A DNA stretch of 64,000 nt from a virus (IMGVR_UViG_3300035109_000103:4800-68799); one strand, 5' to 3'. Positions 36,841 to 45,071 are shown, counted from the stretch's first letter. Numbers and translations: made by a program. The notes: generated by a model not told the origin, from the letters alone.

Positions 36841-37451
36841 GCAGCCTGACCTCCGTCGAACTTGTCCGCCTCTTTCCCCCAGGTCGCCCAGCCGGGGCGG
36901 GATTGCCGCGAAAAAACATCCAACCGGCGCGCATCCGGCGAAAGCGCTTCGACCATCTGATAGAATTCCTCGGGCTTGCGCGAATGCTCCCTCGCAAGAC
37001 CATCGATCGAGCCGTGTTCATGGAGGCTTTCGACGAGATTGATCGTCCGCGGAGATCCGGGCATGTCGGCGCCTGGAAGGCGTCCGACGAAGTAGGGCTC
37101 GCAGACGGATCGAAGGACGTAGCCCGGGCCCCAGCGAAGTTTGCCGGTGGCGGTTCTCTTCACCCAGGCGCCTCCGGTAACGGGCGGAACTCCGTAGCGG
37201 GTCATCGCCTCGACATGGAATCCCTTTGCCGCCAATGGCCATGTCGTCCAGAAAATCAGAACGCCTCCTGGCGCGAGCAGATCGCCGACCGGCATGGCGC
37301 AAATTTCCCCGAGCGTCATGCAGTCGTATTGCGCTTGGGGAGACTTTTCTTGCCCCTTCGCCGATCGTGTCTCGAATGGAGTTGGCGCGTCCATGACCAC
37401 GACGTCCCATTGAAACGGCATTATGTCGTCGCCGAATGGCCATTCGCTCAT
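36837..37451 (-). CDS. MT-A70 family methyltransferase with non-canonical DAPT motif
   Basis: YDCMTL.EI..MPV..L...LIFW.T...WVK.T..GK...GPGY.LR...E...REHSRKP; motif IV reads DAPT rather than DPPW. Confidence 0.8.
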   Translation of the reverse strand: MSEWPFGDDIMPFQWDVVVMDAPTPFETRSAKGQEKSPQAQYDCMTLGEICAMPVGDLLAPGGVLIFWTTWPLAAKGFHVEAMTRYGVPPVTGGAWVKRTATGKLRWGPGYVLRSVCEPYFVGRLPGADMPGSPRTINLVESLHEHGSIDGLAREHSRKPEEFYQMVEALSPDARRLDVFSRQSRPGWATWGKEADKFDGGQAA

Positions 37452-37918
37452 CTCGACCTCGCGAGATTGAGACGCTGTGCGATCACTGGGGCGATGAATT
37501 CGAATTTGCAGGCTCGCCGGAGAACGTCGTCGACACGGGAACGGTTGCAGTTCCGCCGAGCGCATATTTCGTCCGGGCAGAGCCCTTCGCGCGCATCGAT
37601 GATGATCAGATTATTGAGCGATGGCTGGACGAAGCCTGGACCCACCAAGGGCGACTGCTGTCTGACGGCTGGCATGGACTCCGGCGCGACAGGCTCAACA
37701 GCACGCGGCTGCGCCTCTCTATCCTGCCCGCGACCATGCGGAGCTGCGGGGTTGCGGCGCGGAGCAATCCTGTGGCCATTGAATGCTCGGCCGATGGAAT
37801 AGATAGTCGACCAGGACACGCCGAACTTGCGTGCGAGCTCGCGCGCGTCCACGCCGCCCGCAAGCTCGGTAGCTACCTGACGGCGTTGTTCGGGAGAAAG
37901 GCGAGGTGGCGCATTCAT
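37448..37918 (-). CDS. HTH hypothetical protein
   Basis: LSPEQRRQV...RELARKFGVSWSTIY. Confidence 0.65.
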   Translation of the reverse strand: MNAPPRLSPEQRRQVATELAGGVDARELARKFGVSWSTIYSIGRAFNGHRIAPRRNPAAPHGRGQDREAQPRAVEPVAPESMPAVRQQSPLVGPGFVQPSLNNLIIIDAREGLCPDEICARRNCNRSRVDDVLRRACKFEFIAPVIAQRLNLARSR

Positions 37919-38484
37919 CCTTGCACCCCTTCGCCGAAGAGGTGGAGGTCTGCCGGCGCCGCTCCGCAATGCGTCGCGCAGCCATAGTCCCAGAGCGCCA
38001 GCGCGTCACCGATATTGTGGTTTTTGTTCTCACGCGGCAAATATCCGAGCGCGTGACAGCGATCTAGGACGGCATTCTTCGGGTCTTGCGGGCGTGCGGC
38101 GCCCAAAAAATGCTTCCTGACCGACTGCACGTTCGCCTGGACGCAGCGGATACCGTAGCAGCCGCCGCAGATCGAATGGACGATCGCGACTAGGCCATGC
38201 AGCATCGAGATCGTCTCGGACGACGTCTTGAAGCGAGCGCCCTTTGGCGCTTGATCATCGCGCTCCAGGAAGGCTCCGATGTTCACCGGCGCTTCGATGA
38301 AGACGATCTCAGGGCGCTCGAGGACCATTTCATCGCGAAGGAATTGCCCAAGCTTTCGATATGCTCGCGCCGCCTCGTCACCGGGACGTTTCAGCTTCCA
38401 GGAGCCGCAACGCGGGTTGCGCTCGCCGGCGATGGCGTTGACGAATCCTGTCTCCGTCGCGAGGTCGAGGGCGAGCGCGCGCAT
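37915..38484 (-). CDS. RuvC-like Holliday junction resolvase
   Basis: LALDLATETG, VFIEAP, VRKHFLG, N..DALAL. Confidence 0.8.
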   Translation of the reverse strand: MRALALDLATETGFVNAIAGERNPRCGSWKLKRPGDEAARAYRKLGQFLRDEMVLERPEIVFIEAPVNIGAFLERDDQAPKGARFKTSSETISMLHGLVAIVHSICGGCYGIRCVQANVQSVRKHFLGAARPQDPKNAVLDRCHALGYLPRENKNHNIGDALALWDYGCATHCGAAPADLHLFGEGVQG

Positions 38485-38486
38485 CG

Positions 38487-38702
38487 TCAGGCCACCTTCA
38501 CCACAATTACGAGCTGCTGGGGATGGAACGCTGCGCTTTGCAGCGTATCGCTGTCGTCGAACCAGATGCACTCGATCGCGCCGGCCGGGTTCTCCGGGTC
38601 GATCTTGTCGACGGACAGACGCAGCGTCGAGCAGTTGAGCCGGACGATATCGCCGATGCCGAAATCATCCAGCTCCGCGCTCGTCGTCGTTTGCTTCGCC
38701 AT
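38487..38702 (-). CDS. DUF2158 / YodC-like small protein
   Basis: FGIGDIVRL....L.V......C.WFD....AF....L. Confidence 0.7.
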   Translation of the reverse strand: MAKQTTTSAELDDFGIGDIVRLNCSTLRLSVDKIDPENPAGAIECIWFDDSDTLQSAAFHPQQLVIVVKVA

Positions 38703-38706
38703 GCGC

Positions 38707-38832
38707 TCAGCCTCCAATGATCGTGATAACGGGAATGTCGGAACGTAGATTGTGGGAGGCCGCCGCGGCGCCGACGCAGAGGACGACGAGGATCGCCCAA
38801 TCGAGCCAATCTTCAGGCTGAAACCACTTCAT
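38707..38832 (-). CDS. Small membrane peptide (41 aa)
   Basis: Manual translation MKWFQPEDWLDWAILVVLCVGAAAA...; one hydrophobic helix. Confidence 0.4.
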   Translation of the reverse strand: MKWFQPEDWLDWAILVVLCVGAAAASHNLRSDIPVITIIGG

Positions 38833-38845
38833 GAGCGCGGCTCCC

Positions 38846-39352
38846 TCAGGCTTCCGTGGCGTCGGCGCCGGGCAGGCCAATAACAGCGGCCTTCTCGTCC
38901 AGCTTCTTGATCCCCATCATCACGCGCTCGCCGTTCTCGCGAAGGCGCTCGGCTTCCTGGTCACGCAAATGGCGGGGTCGGAGGTCGGTCTCATCGTCGC
39001 CGGTCGGCGCATTGGCTTTCACGGCCGCGTCGAAGAGGTCGCCTTCATTGGCGATGGCGCGCATCTGCTCCCATGCCTCGACGTCTTCGTCGTCCTCAGG
39101 CGTTGCGTTCTCGACCGCGCGGTCATAGGTCCGCTTCGCCAGTTCCGATTTTATCAGGGAGTTGAACGCCGCCTTCGGCAGCCCGGCGTTTTTCGCCGCC
39201 TTCTTGATGTCTTTGAGCGGCGCGCGGATTTGGCGGCACTCGTTCATGTTCGCGATCTTCTGCGCGTCTAACTTTTCGTAGACGCGCATCGCCTCACCGA
39301 GGAAGCGCTTCACGGTTGTTGGATCGATGGAATTTTGTCCCGCTGTCGCCAT
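38846..39352 (-). CDS. GapR (DUF2312)-like nucleoid-associated protein, divergent
   Basis: Helical N-terminus VKRFL...LKDIKKAAKNAGLPKAAFNSLIK resembles the GapR pattern; acidic C-terminal extension. Confidence 0.45.
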   Translation of the reverse strand: MATAGQNSIDPTTVKRFLGEAMRVYEKLDAQKIANMNECRQIRAPLKDIKKAAKNAGLPKAAFNSLIKSELAKRTYDRAVENATPEDDEDVEAWEQMRAIANEGDLFDAAVKANAPTGDDETDLRPRHLRDQEAERLRENGERVMMGIKKLDEKAAVIGLPGADATEA

Positions 39353-39520
39353 GCTCGGCCTTCCCGAAAAGGCCCCGACGCCGCGATGGCGCCGGGGAAG
39401 TGCCTACATCGAACGGATCGCCGCGCTTGCCCCGCGGCTCGGGCAGTCCCCTGGGAGGGAATTGGAAGCGATGCGCCGGGACGCTGGACCTGATCCGGCG
39501 CATCGCCGCGCTGCGGAGCG

Positions 39521-39892
39521 TCAACTGCAGCCAGTCGTCGCGCCGCATGTCTCGCATTTCAAACAGGTCCCGTTCCGAACCATCGTCATGGCGCCGCAGT
39601 CCGGGCAGGGGTCGCCTTCGTAACCTTTGAGCTTCGCTTCCCGGCGCGACTCCGCAGCGCTCAATCGCGGTGCGACGGCCGGCGCTGTGGTAATTGCGCT
39701 TTCCGGTTGCGCCGCGCCGATCTCGATTGCCAACACCTCAGCGAACGCAACCAGCACGCACACGGCGCCCTCAGAACGGCGGGTCTCGGCAGCATTGGCC
39801 ATACGCTCTGCGGCATTGCCAGCAATGCCGATCGCGAGGCGGAGACCCGCGGCAAAGCCGGCCTGATATTCAGAGCTGAATTTCGCCATCAC
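39521..39892 (-). CDS. Small protein ending in an NrdJ-like Zn-ribbon/Cys tail
   Basis: C-terminus REAKLKGYEGDPCPDCGAMTMVRNGTCLKCETCGATTGCS. Confidence 0.75.
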   Translation of the reverse strand: MMAKFSSEYQAGFAAGLRLAIGIAGNAAERMANAAETRRSEGAVCVLVAFAEVLAIEIGAAQPESAITTAPAVAPRLSAAESRREAKLKGYEGDPCPDCGAMTMVRNGTCLKCETCGATTGCS

Positions 39893-40053
39893 GGGAACGC
39901 CTTTCGGCTCGCATAGCCGGCAGCGACGCGCAGACGCTGCGCCGCCCAGGTCATCACCCCAGCCGGATAGACCAACGCTAGCGAAAGGTTATCCAACACC
40001 CACGAAACGACCGCCCACGCGATTCTCGAATTGCCGTCGCGTTCCATTGTCAT
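39889..40053 (-). CDS. Small hydrophobic hypothetical protein
   Basis: 54 aa, coupled on both sides. Confidence 0.45.
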   Translation of the reverse strand: MTMERDGNSRIAWAVVSWVLDNLSLALVYPAGVMTWAAQRLRVAAGYASRKAFP

Positions 40054-40499
40054 CGCCCTTCGATTGCGCCTCGGCGCGCCTGTGATTTCAGGTCGTCGAT
40101 TTCGCGCTCTCGCTGCGCGATTTCTGAATCTATGCGAGCCCCACGCTCGGCGACGCAGGCAGCGACGATCCATGCCGGCGGCGCCTCAAACATCGCAGCG
40201 AGAAATTCGGGGCCGTAAGCCGCGATGAGACGCATCATCGCGACGCAGTTCGGCAGAGTCCCGGCCTCGAGCCATTTCTCGACCTGCGCAGCGCTGCATC
40301 CGGTATCCGCCGCGACATTCATCGCCGTCTTGCTCGGATGGAGCCGGCGCAGGAACGCCTTCAGGCGATCTCCGAGAACGGTCTGTGCGACGACCGAAGA
40401 CTTTCGGATGACGCCAGACGAAGATGATCTCGTCATCACCGCCGACGCAGGGTGGTCATGAAAGGAGTAGGCGAAAACAGAATCATGAAACGATTTCAC
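40050..40499 (-). CDS. CII-like HTH regulator
   Basis: GGAGG RBS before GTG 40499; VAADTGCS..QVEKWLE.GTLP...LIAAYGPEFLAAM. Confidence 0.65.
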   Translation of the reverse strand: MKSFHDSVFAYSFHDHPASAVMTRSSSSGVIRKSSVVAQTVLGDRLKAFLRRLHPSKTAMNVAADTGCSAAQVEKWLEAGTLPNCVAMMRLIAAYGPEFLAAMFEAPPAWIVAACVAERGARIDSEIAQREREIDDLKSQARRGAIEGR

Positions 40500-40640
40500 G
40501 TCGATACCTCCATCACTGAATTGCACTAGACGAAGATACGCAGAACACAGGACGCTACTGGAAAAGCCCTGCGGCAGACGCCGCATAGAATGCACGCGCG
40601 AGTGCAGCGCAGATGATGATTGCGGGGAAGAACAGCATGT

Positions 40641-41327
40641 TCATGTCGGAGCCCTCCAGAACAGCGCCGCGAGATAGACAACAACGATGGAGTCGAGAGC
40701 GACGACAATCCAAAGCATGCCAGCGTCACGCACTTCCGCGCGTTGGATCGACTCGATCTCATCGTCGGCGGCGGTCGCGACAATGAGATCAGAGATGAAT
40801 GCGGGCCAGGCGCTCTTGCAGACACGCCCGGCCCGCTTCACCATCGCGGTTGCCACACTCACGAGGGATTCCAGGAAATGTCGAAACCCACGAAGAACAC
40901 GACGGGCCATCTCGACCCGCTCGCCGTGGAGCTCGCCGGAACGCGGCTCCTGTTGCGGGCGCTGCTCGGATATCTGCTCGTCGACGACCTCGACGAGGCC
41001 GACCACGCCGTCTCCGCCCTGATCGTCAAGATCGACAGAATGTCCGCGGCGGCTGTCATCACTGGCGACCCGAGTGGAGAAGCCAGAAAGGCCATCCGTG
41101 ATAGCGCCGTCACGCTGATCGCCGATTTGGGGCAGGCCAGAGGCCCGGTCCAATGACGTGAGGCGGACGTCCGTCGAGAGGAGTTGGAACGGCTTCTCCA
41201 ACGTGACCGGCGCCCACCGCAGGCGGCCGAGCAAGTACCGGGCGCTTGGGCGCTGTTCCGGCGCCATGCTTGCCGCAGCGAGCGCGACAGGTGCGAACAA
41301 CACGGATCGGCGGGAGAGGCCGGTCAT
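40641..41327 (-). CDS. Hypothetical ORF after cro (Tat-like N-terminus, hydrophobic C-terminus)
   Basis: ATGA-coupled to cro; SRRSVLFAPVALAAA; its middle is antisense to 40878-41156, so the true extent is uncertain. Confidence 0.35.
   Translation of the reverse strand: MTGLSRRSVLFAPVALAAASMAPEQRPSARYLLGRLRWAPVTLEKPFQLLSTDVRLTSLDRASGLPQIGDQRDGAITDGLSGFSTRVASDDSRRGHSVDLDDQGGDGVVGLVEVVDEQISEQRPQQEPRSGELHGERVEMARRVLRGFRHFLESLVSVATAMVKRAGRVCKSAWPAFISDLIVATAADDEIESIQRAEVRDAGMLWIVVALDSIVVVYLAALFWRAPT
40878..41156 (+). CDS. Small helical protein, antisense moron
   Basis: AGGA RBS; 92 aa protein-like sequence opposite to the cro operon. Confidence 0.55.
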   Translation: MSKPTKNTTGHLDPLAVELAGTRLLLRALLGYLLVDDLDEADHAVSALIVKIDRMSAAAVITGDPSGEARKAIRDSAVTLIADLGQARGPVQ

Positions 41328-41548
41328 TGGGCGACCTCCGAACTAGAACTTTTCGGAGCAAAAGCATTCAGGGGTACGACGCCCTTAGTGGCCTCGGATA
41401 GCTTCGCGGCGAGCGACATCGAAGGAATCTGCTTTCGGCTTTCGATCTTGCTCAAAAAGCCTTTCGAGGCCCCGACCATCTCCCCGAGCTGGTCGAGCGT
41501 GATGTCGTGCTGTCGGCGGTAAGCGCGAAGCGGATGTTCCTGGTTCAT
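41324..41548 (-). CDS. cro: Cro-like XRE repressor
   Basis: LRAYR...TLDQLGEMVGASKGFLSKIE...PS; divergent from cI; probably leaderless. Confidence 0.85.
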   Translation of the reverse strand: MNQEHPLRAYRRQHDITLDQLGEMVGASKGFLSKIESRKQIPSMSLAAKLSEATKGVVPLNAFAPKSSSSEVAQ

Positions 41549-41555
41549 GGGCGGC

Positions 41556-41584
41556 ATGGTTGCCTAATACGCAACAACAGTCAA
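41556..41584 (-). promoter_or_regulatory. PR promoter with 17-bp operator in spacer
   Basis: TTGACT-N17-AACCAT; operator GTTGCCTAATACGCAAC at 41559-41575; partial GTTTCCTAT sites at 41592 and 41625. Confidence 0.7.
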
Positions 41585-41643
41585 GGAAAAAGTTTCCTAT
41601 TGGCTTAACGACGCCCGGCCTGAGGTTTCCTATGATCGGTAAC

Positions 41644-42060
41644 ATGGGAAATATGGTTACAATTCACGCAGATAAGGCCGGGCCTCGCGTCCACTTCATC
41701 GCGGAGTGGCTGGAGCATCGTGGGCTATCGCAAGCCGAAATCGTGCGCGAGCTCGGCGTGAACAAAGGGACGGTTTCGAAATGGTGCAGCGGAGCTCTAC
41801 CGGCAGAGGACAATCTCCGCGCGTTGGCAGCCTTTCTCGAGCTCGAGCCCGTAGAACTCTTTCGTCATCCCCAGGACGACTGGCTTACTCGGTTTTTCAT
41901 GAACCGGAGCACAGAACAGCTCAAGCAAATGGTTGCGACTCTGAACGCAGCCTTTCCCCGCAAAGACGACGAGCGCGTGAGGCCGAGCGTTGACCAGGAG
42001 GCGCCGTCGGAAAGCCGAGAAAAGCCGCAGACAAAAAACCGCCCTAGAAAGCGGCGGTGA
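41644..42060 (+). CDS. cI: CI-like XRE repressor without S24 peptidase domain
   Basis: IAEWLEHRGLSQAEI..ELGVNKGTVSKW; basic C-terminal tail; alternative start 41632. Confidence 0.8.
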   Translation: MGNMVTIHADKAGPRVHFIAEWLEHRGLSQAEIVRELGVNKGTVSKWCSGALPAEDNLRALAAFLELEPVELFRHPQDDWLTRFFMNRSTEQLKQMVATLNAAFPRKDDERVRPSVDQEAPSESREKPQTKNRPRKRR

Positions 42061-42112
42061 GTAAGCGCTAAGCCCGCCGACTTTTACAAGCTCAGACGAT
42101 TCGAGATGCTAA

Positions 42113-42358
42113 TTACCTGAAAATAGGGCGATGCTTAGCATTTTGCCTGGTTGGTTTCCGGCCTCGATCCAGTGCGCGCTTGCCGGCGCAATGCCGCCGC
42201 TGCCCGGCGTGTCGGACGAGTTGAGACGGGAGCGCGGGATATTGCCGCAAGTCGTGGAAGCACCGGCACGCAAGGCCCCCAGAGTAAAATAGGAACGCGC
42301 GGCATTCATTCATGGCCGTCTCGTAATCTGCGGCTTGATCCGCGACATTTTTGATCAC
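42113..42358 (-). CDS. Possible small gene in rex-like position between cI and PL
   Basis: GAGGG RBS before GTG; leftward TTGACA at 42593-42588; alternative frames equally plausible. Confidence 0.25.
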   Translation of the reverse strand: MIKNVADQAADYETAMNECRAFLFYSGGLACRCFHDLRQYPALPSQLVRHAGQRRHCAGKRALDRGRKPTRQNAKHRPIFR

Positions 42359-42453
42359 GCACCCTCATCAAGATTACGCGCGCGCCTGCATGCGTCTATA
42401 AACTCCAGAGATCTCTGAATCTGAATCATACCAGCCCGTTGGCAATTACCAGG

Positions 42454-42474
42454 GGGGCGCGCTAAACGCGCCCC
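42454..42474. terminator. Hairpin GGGGCGCG-CTAAA-CGCGCCCC
   Basis: Perfect 8-bp stem; same stem sequence as the hairpin at 43948. Confidence 0.4.
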
Positions 42475-42598
42475 GCCCTGTACCTATCCTTGCCTACAAT
42501 CTTGGTACTGATAACCGAATCTCTCAGCTCCACGACTCCTGTAACCCCGCCGGCGCGAATTCAGATGTACGCGCGCAGGGGACGGCTTGTCAAGAAAA

Positions 42599-42651
42599 GT
42601 TTCGTAATATGCAACTCAGCGCTTGACGTTCGTTTCCTATTGCGCAACACT
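42599..42651 (+). promoter_or_regulatory. PL promoter with two 17-bp operators
   Basis: Operators GTTTCGTAATATGCAAC (42599-42615) and GTTTCCTATTGCGCAAC (42632-42648); TTGACG-N17-AACACT. Confidence 0.75.
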
Positions 42652-42743
42652 CCCCTCCATCGGCCGAACGCGAGCAAGCCTCGCCGGCGATCCGCCTTCC
42701 CCGGAACCAATCCCGGATCGGCGCGAATTTTTGGAGGATCGAT

Positions 42744-43940
42744 ATGCAAGCCCAAGCGATTACCAAGAGCCAGGCCGCGGCCCCCTACAAAGTCGGCAAT
42801 TTCGACAAGGGCGCGCTTCGCGGCGACGTTTCCAAGCAGTGGATTTCGCGCCCCGCCGATCAGCGGTTTCTTTCGCTCGGCGAGCTGAAGGACGCGATGG
42901 CCGAGAAGCGCGACACGAGCCACGAGTACCGCGTCGATACCCGCAAGATCGAATTCATCGCGCCGGAGCCCAAACGCCTCGAAGATACCCACGCCCTGAC
43001 GGTCGGCCTTCCCGACGGCACTGAGATCGCGCCGAACCATTGGAGCTTCGGCCAGCTCTGCAATCTCGCCCAGGCGCCTTCCAGCTACCTTCGCCGGCTT
43101 CCGTCGCAGATCGTCGCCGACGCGTTGTCCTACGGTATGCGCTACAGCCGCGATAGCGACGAGATCAAGGCTTATGCGAGCGGCGACTCGCTGCTCGCGG
43201 CCACCGGCCCGGACTATGGCCGCATCTTCGATTGCGAGGTCGTCGAGGCCGTCATGCAGATCGCCGGCAACGGGATCGGCGACATGCGCTGGAAAGTTCC
43301 TGGCGTCCTGGATTGGCAGACAATGCTCTACAATCCTGACGCGCCGGTCACCATCGACTCGACGACGCTCTACGCGAGCGACCGCGACGTTTTCATTTTC
43401 TTGGTCGACGACCGGAATCCGATCGAGGTCGGGAAGCTGCCGAGCGGCGACCCGGACCTGATCTTCCGCGGCTTCTATGTCACAAATTCCGAAGTCGGCT
43501 CCGGCTCGCTCCGCCTCGCGGCATTCTACCTCCGCGGGGTCTGTATGAACCGCAATCTCTGGGGCGTCGAAAATTTCCAAGAGCTGACAATGCGCCACAG
43601 CAAGTATGCGCCGGCGCGCTTCATCGAAGAGTCCAGGCCTGCGCTCGCTTCCTTCGCGAATGGCTCGACGAAATCCTTGGTCGAGGCAGTCGCGGCGGCG
43701 AAATCGACGAAGCTCGCATCGGACCAGGACGAGGCGCTGGCCTTCCTGCAGGCCCGCAGCATCAGCCGTAAGCGCGCGCTGTTGATCCTCGAACAGGGCG
43801 AGCGCGAGGAGCAGCGCCCGGTGCGCAGCGCTTGGGATTTCGCGCAGGCGTTGACCGCCAACGCTCGAAGCGAGCCGAATACGGACTCGCGCATCGAGAT
43901 CGAAACCGTCGCGAAGAAAATCCTCGACAAGGTCGCGTGA
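42744..43940 (+). CDS. DUF932-like protein
   Basis: HWSFGQL, YGRIFD.EVV, LYASDRDVF.FL, NSEVG.GSL...C.N; GGAGG RBS. Confidence 0.75.
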   Translation: MQAQAITKSQAAAPYKVGNFDKGALRGDVSKQWISRPADQRFLSLGELKDAMAEKRDTSHEYRVDTRKIEFIAPEPKRLEDTHALTVGLPDGTEIAPNHWSFGQLCNLAQAPSSYLRRLPSQIVADALSYGMRYSRDSDEIKAYASGDSLLAATGPDYGRIFDCEVVEAVMQIAGNGIGDMRWKVPGVLDWQTMLYNPDAPVTIDSTTLYASDRDVFIFLVDDRNPIEVGKLPSGDPDLIFRGFYVTNSEVGSGSLRLAAFYLRGVCMNRNLWGVENFQELTMRHSKYAPARFIEESRPALASFANGSTKSLVEAVAAAKSTKLASDQDEALAFLQARSISRKRALLILEQGEREEQRPVRSAWDFAQALTANARSEPNTDSRIEIETVAKKILDKVA

Positions 43941-43947
43941 ACCGGAC

Positions 43948-43980
43948 GGGGCGCGGCATCCGCGCCCCCATCCCATTTTC
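43948..43980 (+). terminator. tL1-like hairpin
   Basis: GGGGCGCGG-CAT-CCGCGCCCC with downstream ATTTTC. Confidence 0.5.
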
Positions 43981-43995
43981 ATTCGGGAGGCAAAG

Positions 43996-44202
43996 ATGCC
44001 GCAATTCGAGGTCCGCGCCCCCTTCGCCGGCTATGTCCGCGTGAAGATCGAAGACGAGGACGAGGCCAGCGCGATCGAGAAGGTTCTCGGTGATGAGTTT
44101 GTTCTCGCAGAATGCATCGACGAATGGCGCGTTGTCCGCAATCTCGGCAAAGGCTACGCGACCGTGACGCCGATCAATGACTCCGCCGAAGAGGAGCGGT
44201 GA
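43996..44202 (+). CDS. Small hypothetical protein
   Basis: GGAGG RBS; 68 aa acidic. Confidence 0.65.
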   Translation: MPQFEVRAPFAGYVRVKIEDEDEASAIEKVLGDEFVLAECIDEWRVVRNLGKGYATVTPINDSAEEER

Positions 44203-44205
44203 GCC

Positions 44206-44409
44206 ATGATCCGCAGCACCAACATCGCTCCGTCGCGAGCCATCGATCCGATCGTCCGAGGCTTCGGTGCCCGCGTCGATACGGAGCTCGCCAGACAGGC
44301 TGTCGTGAGAGCGCGCAAGGACGCTCGTCTCGACGCCTTCCTCGGCGCCCACAACGCCACCTTCATCAGCGCCGAGCGCGACGAGCGCGGCGTCTACCGG
44401 GTGAGGTGA
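44206..44409 (+). CDS. Small hypothetical protein
   Basis: Operon spacing; 67 aa. Confidence 0.6.
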   Translation: MIRSTNIAPSRAIDPIVRGFGARVDTELARQAVVRARKDARLDAFLGAHNATFISAERDERGVYRVR

Positions 44410-44412
44410 TCC

Positions 44413-44610
44413 ATGGTCACGCTGCTCAACGACGAGGCGACGATCTCAGCAATGGCGCGCGAACTGCGCGCGCTCCAGTCATTCGACATCCGCGGCGTCG
44501 CAAAGTTCGCCGCAGTTCTCGCCGGATTTACGACGACCGAGATCGGGCGGTTTCTCGATCGCGCGATCGAATACGAGCGGGGGCGTCGAAAGGCGCTCTC
44601 GTCCAGGTAG
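44413..44610 (+). CDS. Small hypothetical protein
   Basis: GAGGTG RBS; 65 aa. Confidence 0.6.
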   Translation: MVTLLNDEATISAMARELRALQSFDIRGVAKFAAVLAGFTTTEIGRFLDRAIEYERGRRKALSSR

Positions 44611-44641
44611 TCCAGACGATTTTACCAGAAAGGATTTGGCA

Positions 44642-45061
44642 ATGACCGCTGCTGACACGACGGCCACGGATATCCCCGACGATTCCGAAAAGACGATCAA
44701 AGATCTGCGCGAGACGATCGCCGGCTATATCGCGGCTCGCGATGACCTCATGAACGAGATCAACGGCCTGCGCCAGCGCAACGCCGCCTTCGCGGCCGAA
44801 GTCCAGAAGCTCCAGCATGAACGCGATGTCACGAAGCGCGAGTCCGCCGAGCACGCGAATATCGAACAATCGCTGCGGGCCGAGATCACCGCAGTCGCTG
44901 CCGACTATCGCGAGGCACGAGACGAAGCGGCGACGCTCCGCGGCGACTTGTCCGACGCCCGCTTCGCTCTCGCCGAAATGGCGCAGGCATTCGCCGAAGC
45001 CCGCAGCGACGCCCGCCTGTCGTCGGGGCGCGTCGAGGTCCGCATCCCGGCCTGTCTATAG
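44642..45061 (+). CDS. Coiled-coil hypothetical protein
   Basis: AAGGA RBS; heptad-like helical sequence. Confidence 0.65.
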   Translation: MTAADTTATDIPDDSEKTIKDLRETIAGYIAARDDLMNEINGLRQRNAAFAAEVQKLQHERDVTKRESAEHANIEQSLRAEITAVAADYREARDEAATLRGDLSDARFALAEMAQAFAEARSDARLSSGRVEVRIPACL

Positions 45062-45071
45062 GAGCGCCCCG

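Noticed and set aside
38707-38832. Second GG-ending peptide as a ubiquitin-like protein or bacteriocin leader
   Set aside because: 41-aa hydrophobic peptide with no processing or enzyme neighbour; the terminal GG is probably chance.
39350-39520. Hairpin-rich intergenic gap (ATGCGCCGG..CCGGCGCAT) as an sRNA
   Set aside because: GC-rich stems are expected by chance; no promoter, U tract or strand bias was found.
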